Shown here: piece after piece, positions 17,214-26,330 of the stretch
How the letters are laid out: every line of letters starts with the position of its first letter
Position numbering within the stretch: position 1 is the stretch's first letter
Source: Acidobacteriota bacterium
GTDB taxonomy: Bacteria; Acidobacteriota; Blastocatellia; Chloracidobacteriales; JADJPF01
DNA: 48,817 nucleotides
Assembly: GCA_040758525.1 (NCBI GenBank)
Contig: JBFLVQ010000002.1
Location: forward strand, 1-48,817
Reading direction: 5' to 3'
Translations under genes and position numbers: made by a program
Notes under the pieces: generated by a model
Databases searched by the model: none
Told to the model about the DNA's origin: nothing
What the model saw: only the letters and a program-made list of their open reading frames with translations

Positions 17214-18149
17214 TTACAGCTTTATGCGGTATTTTTTCAACTTTTCGTAGAGGTTCTTACGACTAATACCAAGTATCTCTGCTGCCCGTGTCTTATGTCC
17301 GCGTGTCTGTACTAATACCTCTCTAATATAGATGGCTTCCAATTCTGCTAGCGTCAACTGATGTTTATGTGCCTGTATCAGCCGTGTCGCAGAGAGCATA
17401 TAGTCGGGCAGATGTTGTACTCCAATAATATTGCCAGATGCAACAATCACTGCACGCTCGATAATATTCTGCAGCTCACGTACATTGCCAGGAAACTCAT
17501 AACTGGCCAAGAGTGACTGCGCCTCACTACTAATTGTCTCAATAGATTTGCCATGACGTAACGCTGCACGTCGTAAAAAGTAGTTGACTAACCCAGGTAG
17601 ATCTTCCATACGTAAACGTAGTGGGGGAATCTCCAGTGCAACTACATTAAGACGATGATATAGATCGGCGCGTAGCAGCCCACGCGCTACTGCCAGGGCC
17701 AGGTCCATATTGGTGAGTGTAACAAAGCGCGCATCAATCTTAATTGCTGCGACTCCTCCCAACCGCATAAAGGCTCGCTCCTCAATTACACGCAGTAGCT
17801 TGGCTTGAGACTGTAGATCCAGGTGCACAATCTCATCAAAGATCAATGTGCCGCCATGTGCGACCTCAAAACGGCCTGGTTTAGCGCTTGCTGCGCCAGT
17901 AAATGCTCCACGCTCATAACCAAACAGTTCACTCTCAAGCAATCCTTGTGGTAGCGTAGAGCAATCAATTTTAATGAGCTGGGCTTGATAGCGGCGACTG
18001 CGATAATGTAATAACTGCGCCAATAGATCCTTGCCCGTGCCCGACTCTCCTCGTATCAGCAGATTCGCATCTGTCTGAGCTACTCTTTCTAGCATTACTA
18101 GTAGCTCACGCATGGCGGGCGAAGCTGCCACGATCTCCAGCTCGGCCAT
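17214..18149 (-). CDS. sigma-54-dependent transcriptional activator lacking any N-terminal sensor/receiver domain (AAA+ plus Fis-type HTH only)
   Basis: Walker A GESGTGKD, GAFTGA loop (ERGAFTGA), Walker B LIFDEI, C-terminal HTH AAEILGISRKNLYEKLKKY. The protein starts directly at the AAA+ domain. Confidence 0.9.
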   Translation of the reverse strand: MAELEIVAASPAMRELLVMLERVAQTDANLLIRGESGTGKDLLAQLLHYRSRRYQAQLIKIDCSTLPQGLLESELFGYERGAFTGAASAKPGRFEVAHGGTLIFDEIVHLDLQSQAKLLRVIEERAFMRLGGVAAIKIDARFVTLTNMDLALAVARGLLRADLYHRLNVVALEIPPLRLRMEDLPGLVNYFLRRAALRHGKSIETISSEAQSLLASYEFPGNVRELQNIIERAVIVASGNIIGVQHLPDYMLSATRLIQAHKHQLTLAELEAIYIREVLVQTRGHKTRAAEILGISRKNLYEKLKKYRIKL

Positions 18150-18161
18150 GGCCTTATGTCC

Positions 18162-18551
18162 CTATTCGTCGCGAATTTCCACCCGGCCAGCATCACGCCA
18201 TAGTCGTTCTAGATCATAGAACTGACGAGCTGTCTCAGTGAAGATATGAACGATGAAATCGCCATAATCAATGAGTACCCATTCGGCGGTTTGATAGCCC
18301 TCAATATGAGCGACAGATGCGCCTAAACTGTTCAATCGCTCCCTGATCTCATCCGTGATCGCCTGCACTTGCCGATTCGATGTGCCACTACAGATCACAA
18401 AATAATCGGTAAACGAAGCGATCTCCTGCAGATCCAACAGTACGATGTTGGTTGCCTTCTTGTCGCTAGCGGCGCGTATGGCGGTTTCCACACGTACGTC
18501 CGATAGCTGTGCTTCAGAAAGTTTACTTACCGCATTAGTTCTCTGTCTCAT
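18162..18551 (-). CDS. rsfS: ribosome silencing factor RsfS
   Basis: [17 protein letters not shown] and [14 protein letters not shown] motifs. Conserved position after nadD. Confidence 0.9.
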   Translation of the reverse strand: MRQRTNAVSKLSEAQLSDVRVETAIRAASDKKATNIVLLDLQEIASFTDYFVICSGTSNRQVQAITDEIRERLNSLGASVAHIEGYQTAEWVLIDYGDFIVHIFTETARQFYDLERLWRDAGRVEIRDE

Positions 18552-19191
18552 TCTTGTCCTGATAGAGCCGATATTTGGCGATATATTGTGCCACTGGTTT
18601 GGCTACCCATTGATCTATTGCCATACCGCGCTGAACTGCAGCACGTATGGCGGTTGCCGATATATCAGCTGCCAGCAAATTAGTAAGGAGAATCGTCGGC
18701 TCATCCGTTTCTCCCTGCATATGCATACCACGCAGATCTCTAATATCGGCTTGCAGACTGGTGCGCCGTTCTGCTACATCAATCTCATAACCGGGTCTAC
18801 TTACTACCACAATATGACAACTGGCAAGCAGACGCCGGTATTCACGCCAGCTCTCTAGTTCACGGAATGAATCGGCGCCCATTATAAAGAAAAGCTCTGC
18901 ATTACGATGTAGCTCCTTGAGCTGGGCAATTGTCTGTACTGTATATGGTCGCGCCGGTGCTTCTAATTCCAATCGGGAGACTTCTATATCAGCTAGACTA
19001 TTAGTTGCCATTACTGCCATTGCATATCTATGATAGGAGGAAGTAATGGACTCCTTGGTCTTATGTGGCGGGCTGTAAGCGGGCAGGATCAGCAATCGGT
19101 CACAGTCACAGAAGGACTTTACCCGGCAAGCCATCTCAAGATGACCATTGTGGATAGGATCAAACGTACCGCCTAAAATACCAATGCGCAT
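18535..19191 (-). CDS. nadD: nicotinate-nucleotide adenylyltransferase
   Basis: [11 protein letters not shown] motif, size, and conserved obg-nadD-rsfS order. Confidence 0.9.
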   Translation of the reverse strand: MRIGILGGTFDPIHNGHLEMACRVKSFCDCDRLLILPAYSPPHKTKESITSSYHRYAMAVMATNSLADIEVSRLELEAPARPYTVQTIAQLKELHRNAELFFIMGADSFRELESWREYRRLLASCHIVVVSRPGYEIDVAERRTSLQADIRDLRGMHMQGETDEPTILLTNLLAADISATAIRAAVQRGMAIDQWVAKPVAQYIAKYRLYQDKNETEN

Positions 19192-19226
19192 CTTCAGAAT
19201 TGACCGTTATAATACGGCCAGCTAGC

Positions 19227-20279
19227 TTAGCTTGCGCCCGCTTGGCGCAAAGGCCGATCAAAAGATTCAGGCTGCTCTTGCCCTAGACTCTCTAGTTTAC
19301 GCGCCACTGCACTGATTAGAGATTGTATGCCTTCGCCAGTGACTGCCGATATTGGATAGAGCGCCAGCCCCTGCTGTTCACAGAACTGGCCTAGCTGTGT
19401 GAGGCGTACTGGCTCATCAAGTGCGTCGATCTTATTAGCCGCCACCATTACTGGTTTATCTGCCAATGTAGCGTTATAGCTGGCCAGTTCATTGGCAATA
19501 ACCTGATAGTCTTGTACTGGATCACGTCCTGAGCCGCTCGACACATCAATAACATGCAATAACAACTTGGTACGCTCAATATGGCGTAGAAACTGTAGCC
19601 CTAAACCAGCGCCTTGATGTGCGCCTTCAATCAACCCAGGAATATCTGCGACAACAAAATGTCGGTAATCACCTATCTCCACTACACCCAGATTTGGCAC
19701 CAGAGTAGTAAAAGGATAATCAGCAATCTTTGGTTTAGCGGCGGAGATACGTGAAATTAATGTCGATTTACCAGCATTAGGGAACCCAACCAGACCAACA
19801 TCGGCAAGTAGTTTCAATTCCAACTGTAGATAACGAGCCTGACCAGTTGTTCCCGCTTCATGATGGCGTGGGGCACGATTGACCGAAGTAGCAAATTGAG
19901 CATTGCCACGTCCACCCCGCCCACCTGTTGCCACCAGTATACGTTGGCCTACTTCGACCAGATCGGCAATCTTCTCACCAGTCTCAGCGTCGAATACAAG
20001 CGTGCCAATTGGCATTTTGACAATAATATCTTCGCCCTGACGACCAGAACGATTACTGCCTTCTCCATGCCCACCACGCTCGGCCTTATATTCAGGATTA
20101 TAGCGAAATGAGAGTAACGTATTCATCTGATCAGTAGCTTCTAAATAGACGCTACCACCGCGCCCGCCATCGCCCCCAGAAGGACCGCCACGAGGGACAA
20201 ATTTCTCTCGACGGAAGGCCATACATCCATTGCCACCATCGCCACCTTTTACAAATATTTTGGCCCGATCGATGAACAC
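19227..20279 (-). CDS. obg: GTPase Obg/CgtA
   Basis: Gly-rich Obg fold [18 protein letters not shown]1 motif GFPNAGKST and G3 motif DIPGLIEGA. Confidence 0.95.
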   Translation of the reverse strand: MFIDRAKIFVKGGDGGNGCMAFRREKFVPRGGPSGGDGGRGGSVYLEATDQMNTLLSFRYNPEYKAERGGHGEGSNRSGRQGEDIIVKMPIGTLVFDAETGEKIADLVEVGQRILVATGGRGGRGNAQFATSVNRAPRHHEAGTTGQARYLQLELKLLADVGLVGFPNAGKSTLISRISAAKPKIADYPFTTLVPNLGVVEIGDYRHFVVADIPGLIEGAHQGAGLGLQFLRHIERTKLLLHVIDVSSGSGRDPVQDYQVIANELASYNATLADKPVMVAANKIDALDEPVRLTQLGQFCEQQGLALYPISAVTGEGIQSLISAVARKLESLGQEQPESFDRPLRQAGAS

Positions 20280-20300
20280 ATCTTAACTCACAGGCAACTG

Positions 20301-20576
20301 TTATGCCTGTGCCGCCTCATTAGGGGCTGGATAGACACTGATGAATTTCCCCATCCGTCCCTTATCCTCAAACTTTACAACCCCAGTGATAAGAGCAAAG
20401 AGGGTGTCGTCTTTGCCTAAACCAACATTCTTACCTGGCTTAAACCGTGTACCACGTTGTCGCACCAGAATTGAACCACCCGAGACAAATTCGCCAGAAA
20501 ATCGCTTGATTCCTAAACGTTGTGCATTTGAGTCGCGGCCGTTACGGGAACTGCCAACGCCTTTTTTGTGAGCCAT
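20301..20576 (-). CDS. rpmA: 50S ribosomal protein L27
   Basis: [16 protein letters not shown]... is the canonical L27 N-terminus. Confidence 0.97.
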   Translation of the reverse strand: MAHKKGVGSSRNGRDSNAQRLGIKRFSGEFVSGGSILVRQRGTRFKPGKNVGLGKDDTLFALITGVVKFEDKGRMGKFISVYPAPNEAAQA

Positions 20577-20603
20577 AATTACATCCCTCAGTAAGAAAAC
20601 TCG

Positions 20604-20909
20604 CTATTGAATCGCTTCAATACGCACCGCCGTATAGCCTTGGCGATGGCCTTGTTTACGTCGATACTGTTTGCGACGCTTGAATTTGTAAACAATAACC
20701 TTCTCACCTCGCCCATGCCCTAGCACGGTGGCGCGCACCTTGCGATCGAGCAGCGGCTTGCCGATACTCACCGATGTGCCATCCGAAATTGCCAGCGCAT
20801 CAAGCTCGACACTATTGCCGATCTCCGTCGCCAGGCTCGGCACTTTCACAACCTGGCCTTCCTTGACGCGGAACTGCTTCCCGCCTGTCTGAATTACTGC
20901 GTAAGCCAC
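20604..20909 (-). CDS. rplU: 50S ribosomal protein L21
   Basis: MAYAVIQTGGKQFRV is the canonical L21 N-terminus. GTG start preceded by GGAGGGAG. Confidence 0.97.
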   Translation of the reverse strand: MAYAVIQTGGKQFRVKEGQVVKVPSLATEIGNSVELDALAISDGTSVSIGKPLLDRKVRATVLGHGRGEKVIVYKFKRRKQYRRKQGHRQGYTAVRIEAIQ

Positions 20910-20964
20910 GGCTTATTCTCCCTCCAGTAAATTTACGATTGGCTAGTTGTAACAAAGTTACGAA

Positions 20965-20994
20965 TTATAGTTAAAACCTCTTCCTTTCGTCAAT
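20965..20994 (-). promoter_or_regulatory. sigma-70-type promoter candidate for the rplU operon
   Basis: Minus strand reads TTGACG-18 nt-TATAAT, with -35 at 20989-20994 and -10 at 20965-20970. It lies about 55 nt upstream of the rplU start. Confidence 0.45.
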
Positions 20995-21112
20995 CGCAAT
21001 ACCCTGCATAGCCTTATACAATAGCAGATCAGATTGCTAGTTTACTGGGGCAATGGCCGGTGCTAAAGTTAGTTCCGCTATACCTCTCGCAGCTAGGAGG
21101 CAAAAGAGCTTT

Positions 21113-21982
21113 ATGAAGCTAACAAAGATGGTTGTCACATTATTGTTGATCTTGTTCTGGGTAAATGTTGGTTGTCGTGAGTCTGAGTCTACTGCTACAC
21201 CCACAAGCGTAGCAGCAAGTCAGGAAAAATCGTCTCTGCCTGCTGCTAGTAATTCAAAAAATAGTGCTGCATCCCGTCCACTCTATTATGAACGCGAAAT
21301 TACCAAAGCCGATCTGGAAGGTCGTACTCTACGCGAACTTACATTAATGCGTAATACAATCTATGCTCGCGCTGGTAATCCTTTTCGCAAAAAGTGGCTG
21401 CGTGAATACTTCAGCAGCCAACCCTGGTATCGACCCGCTGCACGTATGGATATCACCAAGCTCACAGAGTTAGATCATAAGAATGCCGCTATTATTGCAG
21501 AATACGAAACCAAGTTGCCACGTAACAAACTGAGCGCTCGTAAAGAAGGGTTGCTTACTAAAAAGCATACTGATGGTCGCTTATCTGCTGATGATAACAT
21601 TGAACTATCACTATTAACCCAAACATTAGGCGAATCATTGGCAGAGGGTGATGCTGACGCACAAGTCACTCCTTCACTTGAGCCAAAATTGCTAGATAAA
21701 TTGCTTACTGTTGATCAGCTTAGTGACTATTCTCGTCGAGATCTAAGGATATTGCGTAACACTATCTATGCAAAACGTGGCCGTGTCTTTAAGTCTGATA
21801 TTTTACAGGACTATTTTGACCGCTTAAGCTGGTACAAACCTGATCCTGCCTATACAGATGCTCGACTGACAGATCTAGATAATCGGAATATAAAGATAAT
21901 TCTAAGTGTAGAAAATCAATTAGGTGGACCATTAACAGAGTTTGAAAATAAAAGGCAAGATGGCTGGTTTAGTGGTGCTTGA
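21113..21982 (+). CDS. YARHG-domain lipoprotein (two YARHG repeats)
   Basis: Signal peptide with lipobox VNVGC. Repeats NTIYARAGNPF...PWY and NTIYAKRGRVF...SWY. ATG 21113 after AGGAGG is preferred to the track start at 21053. Confidence 0.8.
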   Translation: MKLTKMVVTLLLILFWVNVGCRESESTATPTSVAASQEKSSLPAASNSKNSAASRPLYYEREITKADLEGRTLRELTLMRNTIYARAGNPFRKKWLREYFSSQPWYRPAARMDITKLTELDHKNAAIIAEYETKLPRNKLSARKEGLLTKKHTDGRLSADDNIELSLLTQTLGESLAEGDADAQVTPSLEPKLLDKLLTVDQLSDYSRRDLRILRNTIYAKRGRVFKSDILQDYFDRLSWYKPDPAYTDARLTDLDNRNIKIILSVENQLGGPLTEFENKRQDGWFSGA

Positions 21983-21993
21983 TAAATAATTAC

Positions 21994-22010
21994 GCGCCTG
22001 GTGCAGGCGC
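21994..22010. terminator. short GC hairpin between convergent genes
   Basis: GCGCCTG-gtg-CAGGCGC, a 7-bp stem with AT-rich flanks. No clean T-run. Confidence 0.3.
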
Positions 22011-22024
22011 AATCAACAAACCGA

Positions 22025-22939
22025 TTAGAAAGTTGCGTATTGAGAGAATCGAGTCAGTTTAGTACTGCCAATCGCTTCCAGCAGATCTATGATCGCATCC
22101 GGCTGGCGGGCCAATCGAGCAGGTTGGCCTACCAGTCCAGCTTCAATAGGAATAACTTTAACTGTCAATGCACGCTTCTGAGATAATGAGACACGTAGAA
22201 TGATCGCATCTGTCTCATTTGTACAATCACAATTGAAGGCCAGATTACCAAGCCCCCAAGCAATCACAGCTTCTCCTTTTCGTTCTACTGGACCAAGAGC
22301 ATGACTGCCATGTGCAACGATGATAGTAGCGCCTGCTGCTAGCGCGATTGAGACAGCTTGTTGCAACACTGGTTGTGGTAGATATGAGGCAACGCCAGTA
22401 GTGTGAAAAGTAGCGATCAGTAGATCGCCTTGATTACGAGCTGTGACTAATTCATTAGCAAGTTCAGCCGGTACACCAACTGTTAAATCGTGTGCAGTAA
22501 AAACCAAACGCAAACCATTATATGAGAAGATAGCATAGCCAGCCGGACCACCAACTGGTTGCAATCCCGCGGCTCGTAAAGCCTGTATGGTAGACTCTAC
22601 GCCTGCTTGCCCAGCATCAACAGCATGATTATTGGCTACTCCTACTAAACTTACACCAGTTGCTAGTAGCTCTGTTAAACTGGCAGGAGCATTAATGAGT
22701 GTTAATTTATCTGATGATACTGAGCTTTCGCTTACCGGTCCTTCCAAATTGATGAACCCGATTGCGCCTGTTAAAACAGAATTAAGCTCATTAAATTGCC
22801 TATGCGAGCTTGAACCTAGATGCACATCACCACCAAACCATAATTCTATTTGTGGTGTAGTAGTACTGTTAAAACATGCAGTCAATAACATCAAAAAGAT
22901 TATTAATAAGCTTACACACCTTTTTTGCCATCTGCACAT
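22025..22939 (-). CDS. CapA-family (PGA_cap) metallophosphoesterase-like lipoprotein
   Basis: Lipobox LLTAC. Motifs WFGGDVHLG, INLEGPV and VANNHAVDAG. Confidence 0.8.
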   Translation of the reverse strand: MCRWQKRCVSLLIIFLMLLTACFNSTTTPQIELWFGGDVHLGSSSHRQFNELNSVLTGAIGFINLEGPVSESSVSSDKLTLINAPASLTELLATGVSLVGVANNHAVDAGQAGVESTIQALRAAGLQPVGGPAGYAIFSYNGLRLVFTAHDLTVGVPAELANELVTARNQGDLLIATFHTTGVASYLPQPVLQQAVSIALAAGATIIVAHGSHALGPVERKGEAVIAWGLGNLAFNCDCTNETDAIILRVSLSQKRALTVKVIPIEAGLVGQPARLARQPDAIIDLLEAIGSTKLTRFSQYATF

Positions 22940-23039
22940 AAGAAGTTGTTCTAGAATAAGCGGCTGAAGTTGTCAAAGCCGATCTTTCAGTGTAAATTTC
23001 TTCTGCCTTTAGCGAATACCGCGTCCTAGGAGAGGTTTT

Positions 23040-24140
23040 ATGAGCGAATATAAAAAGATTTTTATATTAGTGGGGCTGGTGCTGGCAATAGCTATTTCTT
23101 CATATACGTACACACTCACTACTACAGCACAAAGTACAACATCGGCACGCGCTACCAACGCCTTACCCAAGGATAGTATTGTTTTTGCTGCAGTGGGCGA
23201 CATTATGATGGGGTCAACCTATCCTGGTGATGGTTGTTTACCTCCTAACGATGGTGCCGATATGCTTGCCGAAATTACCCCCATCCTCTCTGCTGCGGAT
23301 ATTGCTTTCGGTAATTTGGAAGGCCCTATGATTGATGGCGGGGTAAGCTCAAAATGTGGTCCAAAATCACGTAACTGTTATGCGTTTCGAGTACCAACCC
23401 GTTATGGAAAATATCTTAAAGAGGCTGGCTTCGATATTATGAGCCTGGCTAATAATCATGCTTCTGACTTCGGCTCAGCAGGGATAGAGAGTTCTAAACG
23501 TGTACTAGATTCTCTAGGTATTGCCCATGCCGCCGAGGTAGGCGACATTGCTTACCTCAATGTGAAAGGTAAAAAGATTGCTGTTATTGCTTTTGCAACC
23601 AATAATGTCTCTTACAACCTGAATGATATTGAGCTATCTAAGCGAGTAGTTGCCGAGACTGCGACTAAAGCCGATATTGTGGTAGTCTCATTTCATGGTG
23701 GTGGAGAAGGTGCTACCCGCCAGAATGTTCCACATGGACCAGAGATCTTTTTGGGTGAACAACGCGGTGATCTGCGTAAGTTCACTCATGCTGTGATCGA
23801 TGCAGGCGCCGATTTAGTTATCGGCCATGGTCCACATGTGGTAAGAGGTATGGAGATCTACAAAGATCGATTGATCGCCTACTCATTAGGCAATTTTGCT
23901 ACTTATTGCTACTTTAGTCTGGTCGGTCCCAATGGTCTATCGCTGATCCTAGAAGCCAATATCGGCTTAGATGGCAAATTTCTTGGTGGTCGTATACATG
24001 CTGCAAAACAGTTAAAGCCAGGCGGTCCCCGCCTTGATCCACAAGGTGAAGTTATTTCCATGATCCGACAACTCTCACAGCAGGATTTCAGTAGTGGAGC
24101 AGTCTTAGTTAAAGAGGATGGATTGCTATCGCTACCATAG
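23040..24140 (+). CDS. CapA-family (PGA_cap) metallophosphoesterase-like protein, signal-anchored
   Basis: Motifs AAVGDIMMGS, FGNLEGPM, LANNHASDFG and GHGPH. SD AGGAGAGG lies upstream. Confidence 0.8.
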   Translation: MSEYKKIFILVGLVLAIAISSYTYTLTTTAQSTTSARATNALPKDSIVFAAVGDIMMGSTYPGDGCLPPNDGADMLAEITPILSAADIAFGNLEGPMIDGGVSSKCGPKSRNCYAFRVPTRYGKYLKEAGFDIMSLANNHASDFGSAGIESSKRVLDSLGIAHAAEVGDIAYLNVKGKKIAVIAFATNNVSYNLNDIELSKRVVAETATKADIVVVSFHGGGEGATRQNVPHGPEIFLGEQRGDLRKFTHAVIDAGADLVIGHGPHVVRGMEIYKDRLIAYSLGNFATYCYFSLVGPNGLSLILEANIGLDGKFLGGRIHAAKQLKPGGPRLDPQGEVISMIRQLSQQDFSSGAVLVKEDGLLSLP

Positions 24141-24151
24141 CAGAGAATGTA

Positions 24152-24904
24152 TTAGCTTATCTCGCCAAGATCGCCATAGAGGTATTGGAGTAGCACTGCA
24201 GCCATTATGCCAGCAGTTTCAGTCCGTAAGATGCGTGGTCCCAGTGTTACTAAGTGAAAGCCAGCGGCCTCTGCCTGTGCTAGTTCTTCTCTGCTCCAGC
24301 CTCCTTCTGAACCTACTATTGCAGTTATCGCGGTTGGTTGAAGAGTTTTCAATTGGTCGCTAATTGAAGTGAGGGAGTGGCCGCCTTGTTCGGCAAAAAG
24401 AAGGGCCGGTCTATTTATCTGCCGTATCAACTCTGCCCAAGAGAGAGGTGGCAATATAGACATCAAGCGGCGCCGGCCGCTCTGTTTAGTTGCTTCCAGC
24501 ACGATTCGCTGCCAGCGTTCCAACCGTTTCTCTGCGCGCGCTTCAGATAGTTGCACATCAGTATATCTGCTGGTAAAAGGTTGTAGTGCGCTTATACCCA
24601 ACTCCACAGCCTTCTGTAATACCAATTCAAAGCGCTCACCTTTAATCAAACCCTGTGCTAGCGTAATGGCAATAGGCGATTCTACTTCATTATCGAATGG
24701 TTCAAGTAGACGTAAGATAACCTGTTGTATACTGGTCTGCTCAATCACAGCACGCCATTCACGCCCGCTACTATCAAATACTCGTACTTCATCACCAACG
24801 GCAAGCCGTAATACACGGCGTAAATGATGCGCTTCATCACCCTCGATCAGCGCTGTTTCTGAATGGATCTTTTCTGCCGGAACAAAGAATCGATGACCAG
24901 CCAT
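24152..24904 (-). CDS. rsmE: 16S rRNA (uracil1498-N3)-methyltransferase RsmE
   Basis: MAGHRFFVP N-terminus and GPRILRTETA C-terminal SPOUT motif. ATG 24904 is preferred to the TTG at 24925. Confidence 0.9.
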   Translation of the reverse strand: MAGHRFFVPAEKIHSETALIEGDEAHHLRRVLRLAVGDEVRVFDSSGREWRAVIEQTSIQQVILRLLEPFDNEVESPIAITLAQGLIKGERFELVLQKAVELGISALQPFTSRYTDVQLSEARAEKRLERWQRIVLEATKQSGRRRLMSILPPLSWAELIRQINRPALLFAEQGGHSLTSISDQLKTLQPTAITAIVGSEGGWSREELAQAEAAGFHLVTLGPRILRTETAGIMAAVLLQYLYGDLGEIS

Positions 24905-24928
24905 TGCTAAAAGAGTTCTGCTCAAATA

Positions 24929-24960
24929 GCACGCCTAACAATAACTAGTGTTAGGCGTGC
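24929..24960. terminator. strong hairpin downstream of the thioredoxin-like gene
   Basis: Perfect 12-bp stem GCACGCCTAACA / TGTTAGGCGTGC with an 8-nt loop. T-rich on both sides (plus strand AGTTTTATG, minus strand TATTTGAG). Confidence 0.5.
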
Positions 24961-24977
24961 AGTTTTATGTTAGCAAT

Positions 24978-25217
24978 TTATCCTTTTAGATCGGATAAAC
25001 TTGCTCCGAAGTTAATATGATAGATCTGATTATTAAGAATTAAAGCCGGCACGGATTTTACTCCTTTTGATTCTGCCTCTTTTATTCTATCCTTTACTTC
25101 GCCTAAGTGTACAACTTCTATATCATACTTTGTGCTATCTAGTGCAGAAAGAATATTCCTCTCCGCATCAACACAGATAGCACATCCCGCATGATAGAAA
25201 ACAGCTTTAGATCTCAT
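24978..25217 (-). CDS. small thioredoxin/glutaredoxin-like protein (CxxC)
   Basis: 79 aa with a CAIC redox motif in a beta-alpha-beta context and a VPAL cis-Pro-like motif. ATG 25217 follows GGGAGG. Confidence 0.65.
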   Translation of the reverse strand: MRSKAVFYHAGCAICVDAERNILSALDSTKYDIEVVHLGEVKDRIKEAESKGVKSVPALILNNQIYHINFGASLSDLKG

Positions 25218-25354
25218 AATACCTCCCAAGATATACTTTTCATCCCTGATTGGGATATGCTTATGTTGTCAGGTTTAAGATTTTTATCAAGTAAGCACAA
25301 AACGGTACGATAGTTACTTTTTAGTACAAATTTTGGAGATTCAAGTAATCAGAA

Positions 25355-25675
25355 ATGCCGCGTTTAGCTAAAAATAGTAGTGTTGCCCATATGGTAGAAG
25401 ATATTGTTGGATGCAAATGGTCCTTGCAGGTTTTAGGACTAGTGCGTAAAGGGATTTATCGCCCTGGTGCAATGGTTAGATCAGCAGATGGACTGACAAC
25501 AAAAGTACTCAATGAACGTCTGAAAAAAATGACAACTTGGGGTATTTTAGAAAAGATTATCTATCCAGAGATTCCGCCACATGTCGAGTATAAGTTAACA
25601 GGCTTTGGAAAGAAGTTTATTAAGCTATTAGATGACATTGATAAACTTCAAAGCGAATTAACTTCTCCAGATTAG
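25355..25675 (+). CDS. HxlR-family winged-helix transcriptional regulator
   Basis: GCKWSLQVLGLV and VEYKLTGFG motifs. Divergent from the redox protein gene, as is usual for HxlR regulators. Confidence 0.85.
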   Translation: MPRLAKNSSVAHMVEDIVGCKWSLQVLGLVRKGIYRPGAMVRSADGLTTKVLNERLKKMTTWGILEKIIYPEIPPHVEYKLTGFGKKFIKLLDDIDKLQSELTSPD

Positions 25676-26121
25676 CTGGTTGCTTTCAGATATACATTAG
25701 GAAAAAGCCTTTCCATAATTTTTTCAGGATTGGCAAGATTTTGAAAACCAAATTTTCGATAGAGTTCATGCGCATCCTTAGTGGCCAGTAACCATCTACG
25801 TAATCCTTGTAATTGCTTATAAGAAATTATTACCTGCATCAGCCATTTGCTTAACCCTTGCTGACGATATGGCTCTAAAATAAATACATCCGCAAGATAA
25901 GCGAAGGTAGCATAATCTGTAATTACACGAGCAAATCCGACCTGCTGATTAAGTTTATATACTCCAAATACCAGAGAATTATTGATCGAGTGTTTAACAA
26001 TCTCTTTGGGAATACCTGTTGCCCAATAGGATTTAGCTAAGAATTCATGCACAACTTCAAGATTAACAAGAGACTTATCAGTACTAATAAGATATTCACC
26101 TTTTTGCCAACTGTCAGACAT
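25672..26121 (-). CDS. GNAT-family N-acetyltransferase
   Basis: Motif A YRQQGLSKWL and the 149-aa GNAT size. Confidence 0.8.
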   Translation of the reverse strand: MSDSWQKGEYLISTDKSLVNLEVVHEFLAKSYWATGIPKEIVKHSINNSLVFGVYKLNQQVGFARVITDYATFAYLADVFILEPYRQQGLSKWLMQVIISYKQLQGLRRWLLATKDAHELYRKFGFQNLANPEKIMERLFPNVYLKATS

Positions 26122-26287
26122 TCTTTAATACCTCACCAATTAAATAGTGTTTTGCCATTTTATTAGGGGATATATAGATTATAAAGAGCCAATATTGAGA
26201 AAAGATCTATCAGCCAATGATATTTTGGCTTAACATCAAAAACTACTTGCTATGGTGGGTTGCTAGAGAGGTTTGAGTCTATGTATA

Positions 26288-26315
26288 AAACAGCCACCCT
26301 TTATGGTGGCTGTTT
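26288..26315 (-). terminator. intrinsic terminator after the M49-like peptidase gene
   Basis: Stem AAACAGCCACC / GGTGGCTGTTT with a 6-nt loop. On the minus strand it runs into TTTTATA, 16 nt after the stop codon. Confidence 0.6.
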
Positions 26316-26330
26316 CTCTGCTTAGATTAT

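Noticed and set aside
22025-24140. The CapA pair as a poly-gamma-glutamate capsule locus.
   Set aside because: No CapB/PgsB ligase or CapC/PgsC is present in the window. The CapA fold alone is a general metallophosphoesterase-like domain.
25672-26121. The GNAT gene as a GNAT-type toxin (TacT/AtaT-like) of a toxin-antitoxin pair with HxlR.
   Set aside because: The two genes are convergent and not co-transcribed, there is no RHH/DUF1778 antitoxin ORF, and the GNAT sequence looks like an ordinary small acetyltransferase.
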